Shown one piece after another: positions 12,215 through 22,729 of a stretch of DNA of 64,000 nucleotides (its first letter is position 1; the number at the start of each line of letters is the position of its first letter). A program made the position numbers and the translations under genes. Under the pieces are notes generated by a model. It did no database searches. It worked only from the letters and a program-made list of their open reading frames with translations, and was not told where the DNA came from. Where the stretch lies: assembly GCA_950097015.1 (NCBI GenBank), contig CATNEN010000033.1, positions 62,001 to 126,000 of the forward strand, read 5' to 3'. The DNA is from Macrostomum hystrix (lineage: Eukaryota; Animalia; Platyhelminthes).

Positions 12215-13152
12215 AGGTGACACCATAGTCTATAGGGTGACACCCTAGTCTATCAGGTGACACCCTAGTCTATCAGGTGACATTTTAAGGTGCTCATTTT
12301 AAGTCAGGTGACATTTAAATCAGGTGACACCCTAGTCTATCAGGTCACACCCTAGTCTAACAGGTGACACCCTAGTCTATCAGGTCACACCCTAGTCTAA
12401 CAGGTGACACCCTAGACTATCAGGTGGCACCCTAGTCTAACAGGTGACACCCTAGACTATCAGGTCACACCCTAGTCTATCAGGTCACACCCTAGTCTAA
12501 CAGGTGACACCCTAGTCTAACAGGTGACACCCTAGACTATCAGGTCACACCCTAGTCTATCAGGTCACACCCTAGTCTAACAGGTGACACCCCAGTCTAT
12601 CGGGTGACACCCTAGTCTAACAGGTGACACCCTAGACTATCAGGTGACACCCTAGTCTAACAGGTGACACCCTAGACTATCAGGTGACACCCTAGTCTAA
12701 CAGGTGACACCCTAGACTATCAGGTGACACCCTAGACTATCAGGTGACACCCTAGACTATCAGGTGACACCCTAGACTATCAGGTGACACCCTAGTCTAA
12801 TAGCTGACACTCTAGTCTAATAGCTGACACTCTAGTCTAATAGCTGACACTCGAGTCTAATAGCTGACACTTTAGTCTAATAGCTGACACTCTAGTATAA
12901 TAGCTGACACTCTAGTCTAATAGCTGACACTATAGTCTAATAGCTGACACTCGAGTCTAATAGCTGACACTCGAGTCTAATAGCTGACACTCTAGTCTAA
13001 TAGCTGACACTCTAGTCTAATAGCTGACACTAGTCTAATAGCTGACACTAGTCTAATAGCTGACACTCTAGTCTAATAGCTGACACTAGTCTAATAGCTG
13101 ACACTCTAGTCTAATAGCTGACACTAGTCTAATAGCTGACACTATAGTCTAT
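12215..13152. repeat. 20-bp minisatellite switching from CAGGTGACACCCTAGTCTAT to TAGCTGACACTCTAGTCTAA
   Basis: Visible tandem units; the unit type changes near 12800. Confidence 0.95.
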
Positions 13153-13206
13153 CAATTGAAACCTGTTCAAAGTTCAACAAGTGATTCGTCCACAGCAAAC
13201 TTCGAA

Positions 13207-15352
13207 TCATCCGATCTTCTTCTCGTCTTCTGTGGCGTCGACCTCCTGTGGCAGCGCGCTGTCCAGCAGGGCATTCAGCCGGTTGACCAGGAGGCCGCAG
13301 ATGCCGATGCCCAGAGTCAGGTGTAGCAGGCAGGCGCCCAGCCTGACGCGGCTGTCCAATCCGGGTGTGAAATCGCCCAGTCCCACACTGCTCACCGACA
13401 CCATTGAGAAGTAGGCGCCGTCTGTCACCGACCAGCTCTCGGTGGCCGCGAACAGCAGGCCGCCCGCCAGGCTGTGACCTGCCAGCAGGGCTGCCGTAGT
13501 GCTCACTGGCAGGTCGTCGCCCACAGCTCCGCCGCCGCCGCTAAGCAGCTGAGCCGGCAGGCGGGAACGAAGGATTCTCTGAAGGCTGGCGCTGAGCCGA
13601 CCGGCGAACACCAGGAACAGCGGGATACCAGCCATGGCGTACAGGACGCTGAACCACTTGCCTGCCTGGCTGCTGGGGTGCGCGTGCCCGTAGCCTTGGG
13701 GATGGGAGAGAGAAAGCAATTCTATTTATAGACTGCATTCTTAAATTAGATCGTATTGATTCGATTGAATAGATTGTTTTGTTATTTAGTAAACACAGAA
13801 TACAGACACTGCGACTGCGACTAGGCAGATGTGAGCCGAGTGGGCACTGTCTATGGCCTGTCCCTCTTCCTTTTCCTCTCAATTTGCCCCCTCTTCCTCA
13901 CTTTCCTACTATTTCCTTCCCTTATTTATTGTCTTCTCACCCTATTCCTACTCCTCCCAGTCTATTCCTCTTCCTCTCACTCCATTCCCCTTCATGTCCG
14001 ATTGAGGTGTGAAATTTACACCACGCTGCGCGAGACAGGCACAACTGGGCAGCACTCGACTGCCGACTCAAATACGAGTACAACTCAGCTTAAGTCGGTG
14101 GGTAGGGGGGCGAGTGGGTCAGCGGCTAACGTCGCTGCCTCGCACTCCAAAGGACGCTAGTTCGATTCACCCTTTAAGTCACGATTGATTTCGGGACTTG
14201 CTGGGGGGTTTGGACAGTAGCGACCGGCGGAGGTGCACCATATTTCGTGCAATCAAAGCTTGAAATAATAGCTTCGCTCCTACCTTCTGTGTGCCTGTTC
14301 TGCGTTGTGTGAGTTGTGTGCGTTAGTGCTGGGGCGTGAGACCTTGCGGGAGGTGGCTGGAGGGCGGGTGTACACCGCCGCGCGCTTTCTGGACTTCCGT
14401 CAGCGCGATTGGATAAGTGTACACTCATCACCCGGCCCCCCCTGAGGACTGATTTCTTATCAGCCTTCCGCCCCGGCTTGGTCTGCTATGTGCGTGTGGG
14501 GCTGGGGTGGGGGGCACTGCTGCCTATTCTGGGTGCCTCCTGCCCTCCCCGGCTGGTCTGTGCTGCTGTGTGTGGTGCCTGCTCAGGGGAGGCGGCGCGA
14601 TGGGCGCAAAAGCGCCTAGTTCGCCGGTCTGGGGGCGTGCCGCTCCGTCGCTTGTGCGACAAGTGCCCCGGCCCCCCTGCAAATAGATAGAAATAGATAG
14701 ATAAGTCGGTGGGTGGTGGGTGTCTGGAGTGGGTGTGGGCTTTGGGTGTCTGGAGTGGGTGTGGGCTTTGGGTGTCTGGAGTGGGTGTGGGCTTTGGGTG
14801 TCTGGAGTGGGTGTGGGCTTTGGGTGTCTGGAGTGGGTGTGGGCTTTGGGTGTCTGGAGTGGGTGTGGGGGTGGGTGTCTGGGGTGGGTGTCTGGGGTTG
14901 GTGTTTACACCCAATCAGCGAGCTTCGATTGTAGACATAAGATAGACAAATCTGATTGATCGATAGGGCCCGGGTTGTTCTCAAATGGATCAGCGGCCGT
15001 CACCTATGGTGGTGTAGAGCGTGAAGCAGTACAGGAATGCGCTGTTGAAGTTCCATTCCAGCCGGGTCCTGTACTGCTGCCATTTGGCGATCTGCTTCCT
15101 TGAGGCCGCCACAAAGTCCTCCCTGGACACCAATTTGCTGGTACGGATCTCGTACAGTTTGTACAGAAAATTCTTGTCCACCTCGTCCGCTCTCAAGCCT
15201 CTCTGCTTTGGCGGCAGCTGGCTATTCTCCAGCTTCATCACAATCGCTGCTCCCAGACAGGTGTACACCAGCAGAATGCCTATCAGGCCGTGTAGACTGG
15301 CCAGGTTCTTCAGCACTAGAGCGATTGGACTAGAGCCGCTTTTAGAGGCCAT
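13207..15352 (-). CDS. Two-pore-domain potassium channel (K2P/KCNK family)
   Basis: Exons 15352-15004 and 13694-13207 (phase 1). The splice completes P1 as W.F.SAFLYCFTLYTTIG|YG. M2 is FSVLYAMAGIPLFL; P2 is DGAYFSMVSVSSVGLGDFTP. Confidence 0.88.
14104..14701 (+). mobile_element. tRNA-derived SINE, ~600 bp, in the K2P intron
   Basis: A-box-like TGGGTCAGCGG at 14115-14125 and B-box-like GTTCGATTC at 14160-14168. 3' tail AAATAGATAGAAATAGATAGA. 13-bp TSD TAAGTCGGTGGGT at 14091-14103 and 14702-14714. Confidence 0.75.
14714..14890. repeat. 26-bp G-rich minisatellite (GGGTGTCTGGAGTGGGTGTGGGCTTT)
   Basis: About 6 visible tandem units. Confidence 0.9.
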
Positions 15353-15869
15353 TTTGGTGCTGCAGAGTGACTTCCCTAGTGGGATATAATTCCTGTTGTG
15401 CCTAGAAGTGTCGCAGGAATCTCATTTTTATTGACGCAAAAATGGGAGCTGGATGGTAGGAAGAGAGGGTGGAAAAGAAGGGAAAGGGAGTGACCGGTTT
15501 CGTATTGGCGATGTACTTTAGCCAGTCTCCCCCGCGGTGCCACAGTCTGTTGTACACTGGCTAGGGCATCTAGCCTACCATTTGCCGACCGGTCCTCACG
15601 TTTGGCAAAGCCGCAACTGTCCGTTCGCTTCCCAAGTAAAATGATCCCCTCCCGAAGAAAAATGGCAGTGTTCCTTTTTCCTCACACGATTCCTGCATCT
15701 TAACTGGAGGTCTGGCCTTCTGTGTATTTGTTGCTTCATTATCTTCAGGCTGCTGGAATTAGACAGTTGGCGTAAATACTGCATAGGCTTATCAATCACA
15801 GCCAGTTCTAAGCTCTGATTTATCGAAAGGCGTTCCTAAAATTGCCAGAATAGTGAGAAGAAGAAACTA

Positions 15870-17290
15870 GCGAGAGAGAAATAATGGAGTGAGAGGAATA
15901 GAAAAAGGAGTGAGAAGAATAGTAAAGGAGTGAGAGGAATAGAAAAGGGAGTGAGAGGAATAGTAAAGGAGTGAGAGGAATAGAAAAAGGAGTGAGAGGA
16001 ATAGTAAAGGAGTGAGAGGAATAGTAAAGGAGTGAGAGGAATAGTAAAGGAGTGAGAGGAATAGGAATGGAGTGAGAGGAATAGAAAAAGGAGTGAGAGG
16101 AATAGAAAAATGTGTGAGTGGAATAGTAAAGGAGTGAGAGGAATAGAAAAAGGAGTGAGAGGAATAAGTAAAGGAGTGAGAGGAATAGTAAAGGAGTGAG
16201 AGGAATAGTAAAGGAGTGAGAGGAATAGTAAAGGAGTGAGAGGAATAGGAATGGAGTGAGAGGAATAGAAAAAGGAGTGAGAGGAATAGAAAAATGTGTG
16301 AGTGGAATAGTAAAGGAGTGAGAGGAATAGAAAAAGGAGTGAGAGGAATAGAAAAAGGAGTGAGAGGAATAGAAAAATGTGTGAGTGGAATAGTAAAGGA
16401 GTGAGAGGAATAGAAAAAGGAGTGAGAGGAATATAAAAAGGAGTGAGAGGAATAGAAAAAGGAGTGAGAGGAATAGAAAAAGGAGTGAGCGGAATAGGAA
16501 TAGAGTGAGAGGAATAGAAAAAGGACTGAGAGGAATAGAAAAAGGAGTGAGAGGAATAGAAAAAGGACTGAGAGGAATAGAAAAAGGAGTGAGAGGAATA
16601 GAAAAAGGAGTGAGCGGAATAGGAATAGAGTGAGAGGAATAGAAAAAGGACTGAGAGGAATAGAAAAAGGAGTGAAAGGAATAGAAAAAGGAGTGAGAGG
16701 AATAGAAAAAGGAGTGAGAGGAATAGAAAAAGGAGTTAGAGGAATATAAATGCAGTGAGAGGAATATGAATGCAGTGAGAGGAATATGAATGCAGTGAGA
16801 GGAATATGAATGCAGTGAGAGGAATATGAATGCAGTGAGAGGAATATAAATGCAGTGAGAGGAATAGGAATGCAGTGAGAGGAATAGGAATGCAGTGAGA
16901 GGAATATAAATACAGTGAGAGGAATATAAATGCAGTGAGAGGAAAAGTAAAGGAGTGAGAGGAATAGAAAAAGGAGTGAGAGGAAAAGTAAAGGAGTGAG
17001 AGGAATAGGAATAGAGTGAGAGGAATAGAAAAAGGTGTGAGTGGAATAGTAAAGGAGTGAGAGGAATGGTAAAGGAGTGAGAGGAATATAAATGCAGTGA
17101 GAGGAATATGAATGCAGTGAGAGGAATATGAATGCAGTGAGAGGAATATGAATGCAGTGAGAGGAATATAAATGCAGTGAGAGGAATATGAATGCAGTGA
17201 GAGGAATATGAATGCAGTGAGAGGAATATAAATGCAGTGAGAGTAATATAAATGCAGTGAGAGGAATAGGAATGCAGTGAGAAGGAGTGG
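15870..17290. repeat. Purine-rich 20-21-bp minisatellite (GAGTGAGAGGAATA + variable tail)
   Basis: Visible tandem units; variants AGAAAAAG, GTAAAG and TGAATGCA occur in blocks. Confidence 0.92.
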
Positions 17291-18017
17291 GATAAGTGGA
17301 ACAGGAATCGAATGAGAGGAATAGGGTGAGAAAACTGGTATGGTTGACAGGAACATAAGGAAAGTGAGAAAGTGAGGTGAAGCATGAGAGGAACAGAAAA
17401 ATTCGGGAAGAGAAATTGAGCGAGGGGTAACAGTGAGGAAGATGAGAGGAATGGTAAGAAATGGAAAGGAATGGGAATTAATGGGTAAAAATCGATAAAA
17501 AAATGATGTAGATACGCCACAATCAGCTGACAGAGGTGAGTTCAGATGCAGTATTTGCGTACTATTAACAGGCTTCATGATTTAGCTCGTATTTTAGCCA
17601 AAACGCACGAATAAATGTCTTGAAGTCACGCAGAGCCGAACTAACTGCTTATCAATCTGGCCTAACCTGCTCAGCTGTCCCTCTATCTATCTGTGCTCAG
17701 CGAGGCGTATTACAATCGAAATGCAACCATTATCAATGTGAATCGTGTGTTATTTCTGTCCTTTGACTCCTACTGCCCGTTACTGTTATACTCGTATATA
17801 TACTGACTTTGCCTAGCTGGTCGCTTTTATGCTGATTCGGATTTAAACTAAGCTAAACAACTTCTTAAACTAGTAAATTCGCACTTTTTATTAAATCACA
17901 CATTCTGTGGAAGCAAACGAGAACGCGAAAAAAATTTTTCGAAGCACTGCCCATTCGATACTCAAACTAATGTTGCTGGTAAGTCTTCTTTGACATGGCC
18001 TTCTAAACTATTGAGTC

Positions 18018-19200
18018 GGACTGCTTGACCCCGTGTTTCAGGACTGCTTGACCCCGTGTTTCAGGACTGCTTGACCCCGTGTTTCAGGACTGCTTGACCC
18101 CGTGTTTCAGGACTGCTTGACCCCGTGTTTCAGGACTGCTTGACCCCGTGTTTCAGGACTGCTTGACCCCGTGTTTCAGGACTGCTTGACCCCGTGTTTC
18201 AGGACTGCTTGACCCCGTGTTTCAGGACTGCTTGACCCCGTGTTTCAGGACTGCTTGACCCCGTGTTTCAGGACTGCTTGACCCCGTGTTTCAGGACTGC
18301 TTGACCCCGTGTTTCAGGACTGCTTGACCCCGTGTTTCAGGACTGCTTGACCCCGTGTTTCAGGACTGCTTGACCCCGTGTTTCAGGACTGCTTGACCCC
18401 GTGTTTCAGGACTGCTTGACCCCGTGTTTCAGGACTGCTTGACCCCGTGTTTCAGGACTGCTTGATCCCGTGTTTCAGGACTGCTTGACCCCGTGTTTCA
18501 GGACTGCTTGACCCCGTGTTTCAGGACTGCTTGACCCCGTGTTTCAGGACTGCTTGACCCCGTGTTTCAGGACTGCTTGACCCCGTGTTTCAGGACTGCT
18601 TGACCCCGTGTTTCAGGACTGCTTGACCCCGTGTTTCAGGACTGCTTGACCCCGTGTTTCAGGACTGCTTGACCCCGTGTTTCAGGACTGCTTGACCCCG
18701 TGTTTCAGGACTGCTTGACCCCGTGTTTCAGGACTGCTTGACCCCGTGTTTCAGGACTGCTTGACCCAGTGTTTCAGGACTGCTTGACCCCGTGTTTCAG
18801 GACTGCTTGACCCCGTGTTTCAGGACTACTTGAACCAGTGCTTCAGGACTGTTTGCCCAAGTGTTTCAGGACTGTTTGCCCCGGTGTTTCAGGACTGTTT
18901 AACCAAGTGTTTCAGGACTGCTTGACCCAGTGTTTCAGGACTGCTTGACCCAGTGTTTCAGGACTGCTTGGCCCAGTGTTTCAGGACTGCTTGACCCAGT
19001 GTTTCAGGACTGCTTGGCCCAGTGTTTCAGGACTGTTTGCCCCGGTGTTTCAGGACTGTTTAACCAAGTGTTTCAGGACTGTTTAACCCAGTGTTTCAGG
19101 ACTGCTTGGCCCAGTGTTTCAGGACTGTTTAACCCTTAGGATTAGGGTTGTTTGCCCCAGTGTTTCATGACTATTTTACCAAGTGTTTCAGGACTGTTTG
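18018..19200. repeat. 23-bp minisatellite (GGACTGCTTGACCCCGTGTTTCA)
   Basis: About 50 units, near-perfect to ~18780 and then degenerate. Confidence 0.95.
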
Positions 19201-19261
19201 ACCCTGTGTTTCTGGGCTACTCGATTTATAACGTTAGGGTGTACTGGAAATAGGGCTAGTA

Positions 19262-19570
19262 AAGCTAGTACATTTAGGGCTACTATAGCTAGTACATTTA
19301 GGGCTACTAGAGCTAGTACCTACTAGAGCTAGTACATTTAGGGCTACTAGAGCTAGTACCTACTAGAGCTAGTACATTTAGGGCTACTAGAGCTAGTACC
19401 TACTAGAGCTAGTACATTTAGGGCTACTAGAGCTAGTACCTACTAGAGCTAGTACATTTAGGGCTGCTAGAGCTAGTACATTTAGGGCTGCTAGAGCTAG
19501 TGCATTTAGGGCTACTAGAGCTAGTACATTTAGGGCTGCTAGAGCTATTACATTTAGGGCTACTAGAGCT
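19262..19570. repeat. AGCTAGTACATTTAGGGCTACTAG-type composite minisatellite
   Basis: Visible 24-bp and 16-bp subunits. Confidence 0.9.
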
Positions 19571-19572
19571 AG

Positions 19573-19801
19573 TCCACTTCGAACCTGCTGCAGTCGCCGC
19601 CAGCCACGGGCGCCTACAACCCGGACACTGGGCGGAAAATATCTCGCCTGCCGGCCTACATGGAGATCATTCGGGAGAGCGAACGACGGAAGATGCTAGC
19701 TTCGAATCGATCCCTGATGGACCGCTACTCCGCTTATGCCAGGCGCTGCAGCCGCTGGCTCCAGGAGTCCCTGGCGGCCAGGGTCGTCAGGAAGCGGCTG
19801 G
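19573..19801 (+). CDS. Unassigned putative coding exon
   Basis: 76 open codons with high GC3 (NLLQSPPATGAYNPDTGRKISRLPAYMEIIRESERRK...) ending at a G|GTGAGC donor. A possible first exon ATG TTG CTG|GTAAGT lies at 17970-17978. No family recognised. Confidence 0.4.
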
Positions 19802-20087
19802 GTGAGCCGATGGGAAAACTTTCTGCTGGGATGGAAGGGGATACGGGAGGGGAGAAGAGGTGGGTGGAAGAGACTAGAAGTCAAAAGCAGACTTCAAAAA
19901 CTGCAAACGATCACCCGAGTTTTAAAAGCCATTCTTCCCTGTCGGCAACTGATCCTCAAGTCGATAAATTATTCTCACCCGGAGGAGGAGAGGAATAGGG
20001 GAGAACAGTTGATTATGGGGAGAGAAAAGAGAGAACGGGGCAATAAGAAATAAAGGTGATAGCAAAGGTAGACAGTAGCGTACTCAC

Positions 20088-20454
20088 AAGCTTGCTGCTC
20101 ACACAGCGGTTGAGCATGTCCACAAAGTCCGAGCGGCTGGTGTACAGGACGGGGCCGTCGGGACTCTGACTGTAATTAGAAAATCAACAAACGCAGAAGG
20201 CATAAAAATGTGTTGCTGAAGGGGGTCCATTGTGCTGATGTAGTGCCGCACTCTCATTCCAAGCTCGAGTACTCAACTATACCTTCAAACACTGCTCAAT
20301 GGCTGCTCAGAATAGAGCAGAGAGGGAGTCAGGGTGTGGGTCGGACGAGGGGACACTGGCCTCGGAGGGGCTCTGGGCGCGGAGCAGCTGCGCCAACCCC
20401 TCCGCGCGTACCCTCGAGACCCGCCCAGCGTGGCGACGAAAATTTGCATGCCAT
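20088..20454 (-). CDS. Unassigned putative small spliced gene (5' exons)
   Basis: Exons 20454-20412, 20302-20283 and 20165-20088 join in frame: MACKFSSPRWAGLEAIEQCLKSPDGPVLYTSRSDFVDMLNRCVSSKL. The last exon ends at a strong GTGAGT donor; the next exon is unresolved. Confidence 0.35.
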
Positions 20455-20668
20455 GCTTATTCCGCCGCCAAGTCTGTGAAGAGAACAGCGAGAGAAAAAC
20501 TGGCAAAACTTTGAGAATTCGAAGAACCGGAGGAGAATTCGTTTTCGATTGTTTGTATGAACTTTCTGCTAACTTGCCCAAGCACAGAGATTGGGAGAGC
20601 TGTGGATTTAGGAGAGAGTGACAAACTGAGAGGAAAAGAGACCAGAGAGAGAGAGAGACAGACAGGCA

Positions 20669-21563
20669 ATGAAAGCCAGGCCGACGGACACTCTGCGATC
20701 AGTTCTGCGACGCCGTTTAACAGGCAGCAGCGTCGGAAGCGCCGGTCAGGCGGGCGACGCCGACGGTCCAGCCGAGCCGGACGGCCCCAGCCAGGAGGAG
20801 CTGGCGGAGGAGGGCCGCCGGCTCTGTCGCGACTATATTCGGCACCGGCTGCAGCGCAGCGGTGTCCTCACCCAGAAGCTAGCCGACTCGATGTCGGCCG
20901 ATGCTGCAGCAGCCGCCACAGCTAGCACCGCTGCCCAGACTTGCCAGGAGCTGCGTCTAGTCGGCGAGCACCTGGAGTCGATGTACCCGGATCTGTACAA
21001 GAATGTGCACAAGCAGCTGAACATCACCATGCACTCCGAAGAGGTGGTCAGGCGCACCTTCGGCATGTTCGCCGAGCAGTTGTGCAGCGGCGGCATTCAC
21101 TGGGGCAAAATTGTTGCGCTATTCGCAATGGCCGGAGCGTTCGCTGTCGACTGCGTCCAGCAGGGCCACCAGGAGTTTGTTGCGCGCATTGTGGACTGCT
21201 TTGGCAGCTTTGTGGCAACACGGCTGACGGACTGGCTCAGGAAACAGGGCGGCTGGGTCCTGGTGAGTCTCGGGCTGATGGGTACCTGCTAGTCCAGGAT
21301 TGTTGGGTACCCTGGCGTCAGTCCCGATCCTGTGAGCCGGGTCCATGGGTACCTGTGAGTCGCTCGCGGTCGATACGTACCCCTTATAGCGGGCTAATTG
21401 GTATGATTAGTATCGTGATTTAACAAATGCATCTCATGCACTGCAGCCTGAAGTGACTCGAGATGCGAAGCGCGAGAGCGACAGAACCTGGTTCTGGCTG
21501 ATGTTGTCGGTGGGTGCCCTGGTGCTGTTCGTCTCGACATTGCTTATTTCGGCATCGCTTTAA
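20669..21563 (+). CDS. BOK: Bcl-2 family protein, BOK-like
   Basis: Exons 20669-21262 and 21447-21563. BH4-like LCRDYIRHRL, BH3 LRLVGEHLE, YKNVHKQL, BH1 GIHWGKIVALFA, AVDCVQQG, BH2 WLRKQGGW, and a C-terminal TM anchor TWFWLMLSVGALVLFVSTLLI. Confidence 0.88.
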
Positions 21564-22729
21564 TCGGTGTCCAAGCTGAATCATTTTCACAGGCTTTCAG
21601 TAACTTTGAGTTCGGCTCAAATATACCACATTATTATAATATTTTTAATTTTCCTATACGATTCGTTCCTGTTGCTGATTTGCCCATAAATAAACGGATT
21701 TGACATGAAAAATGTGAAACACGCGTTCCGAATTTGTAATAGTTGCTGCAGCCTACATAAGGAGGCACATACAATAGCTTTAGAAAAGTAGTTTCTAGCT
21801 TTTATTTGCTAAGCGCTTCCCAAGCAAGGGGGTTCGATTTTGCTAGTCTATATACAAACCAATCATTCATAACTTCCCGTCGGTAGACTGAATAGGTTGC
21901 AAATGCACTAGATTGGCTGCAATTTTCAAATGGCGCATTCTGTTTTTTCGATTTTTACGCTCGTAATTTGGTCGTCTGAAATATTGCCACTTATCAAGGA
22001 ATTAAACAGCTAGATTGCTAAATAAATAATAATAATAATATAATTATATGGGCTGCATTAATAGTGAATGCATCGTTACATTAAAGTTGTACATTAAAGT
22101 TGTACATTAAAGTTGTACATTAAAGTTTTAAAGTTGTAAATTTGTACATTAACTTTAGTTACATTATGATGCATCGGTACTGATGGAATATAGCTCGTAA
22201 AAAACAATTCATCTCTCGTTCCTCTACCTCCCTTCTGCCTGTCCCAATAAGCAGTATTTGGGAGCATAGCAACCAAAGTGTACTTAGGGGCGATCGTACT
22301 CAAAGGAGACTACTCAGAAGAGACGGCCTGGCAACTGTGTCTAGAAAGATGAGTTCAGCTGTGTGCTCGTGTGGACTCAGTAAACACGGCCCGCTCACAA
22401 AACCAGGGAAAATTCCTGTCCAAATCTCAATCCAACACTTCATTTGCTGTCTCTCCACTCCCCGGCAGTCGGCCGCACCCTCCGCGCGGCCGGTGTGATT
22501 CACCTTAGCTGTGAACGGCGGGGAAGGAAAGTGGGATCTGGGAATCGGCCGTAGGCGGTGGGTGGGAAGACCGTGAGTTTGCAGTGAACGTACCTGATCA
22601 CTTCCTAGAGTCCTAGAATTTGAGTCTGTCTATCCCTGCATTTGCTATAAAATTGCCCAAAACAGCAAGACATTGCACCGGAGTTCATTCGTCACTGATC
22701 CGAGTGTCAACAGAAACCGCAGCTGGTCC

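Noticed and set aside
14104-14172. A genuine tRNA gene
   Set aside because: No clean cloverleaf or poly-T terminator; it continues into a body, tail and TSD, so it is a SINE head.
15820-17578. 566-aa and 280-aa hydrophobic ORFs
   Set aside because: Antisense reading of a purine-rich minisatellite.
20285-20450. MQIFVATLGG, resembling the ubiquitin N-terminus
   Set aside because: Similarity stops after about 10 residues and no in-frame spliced continuation was found.
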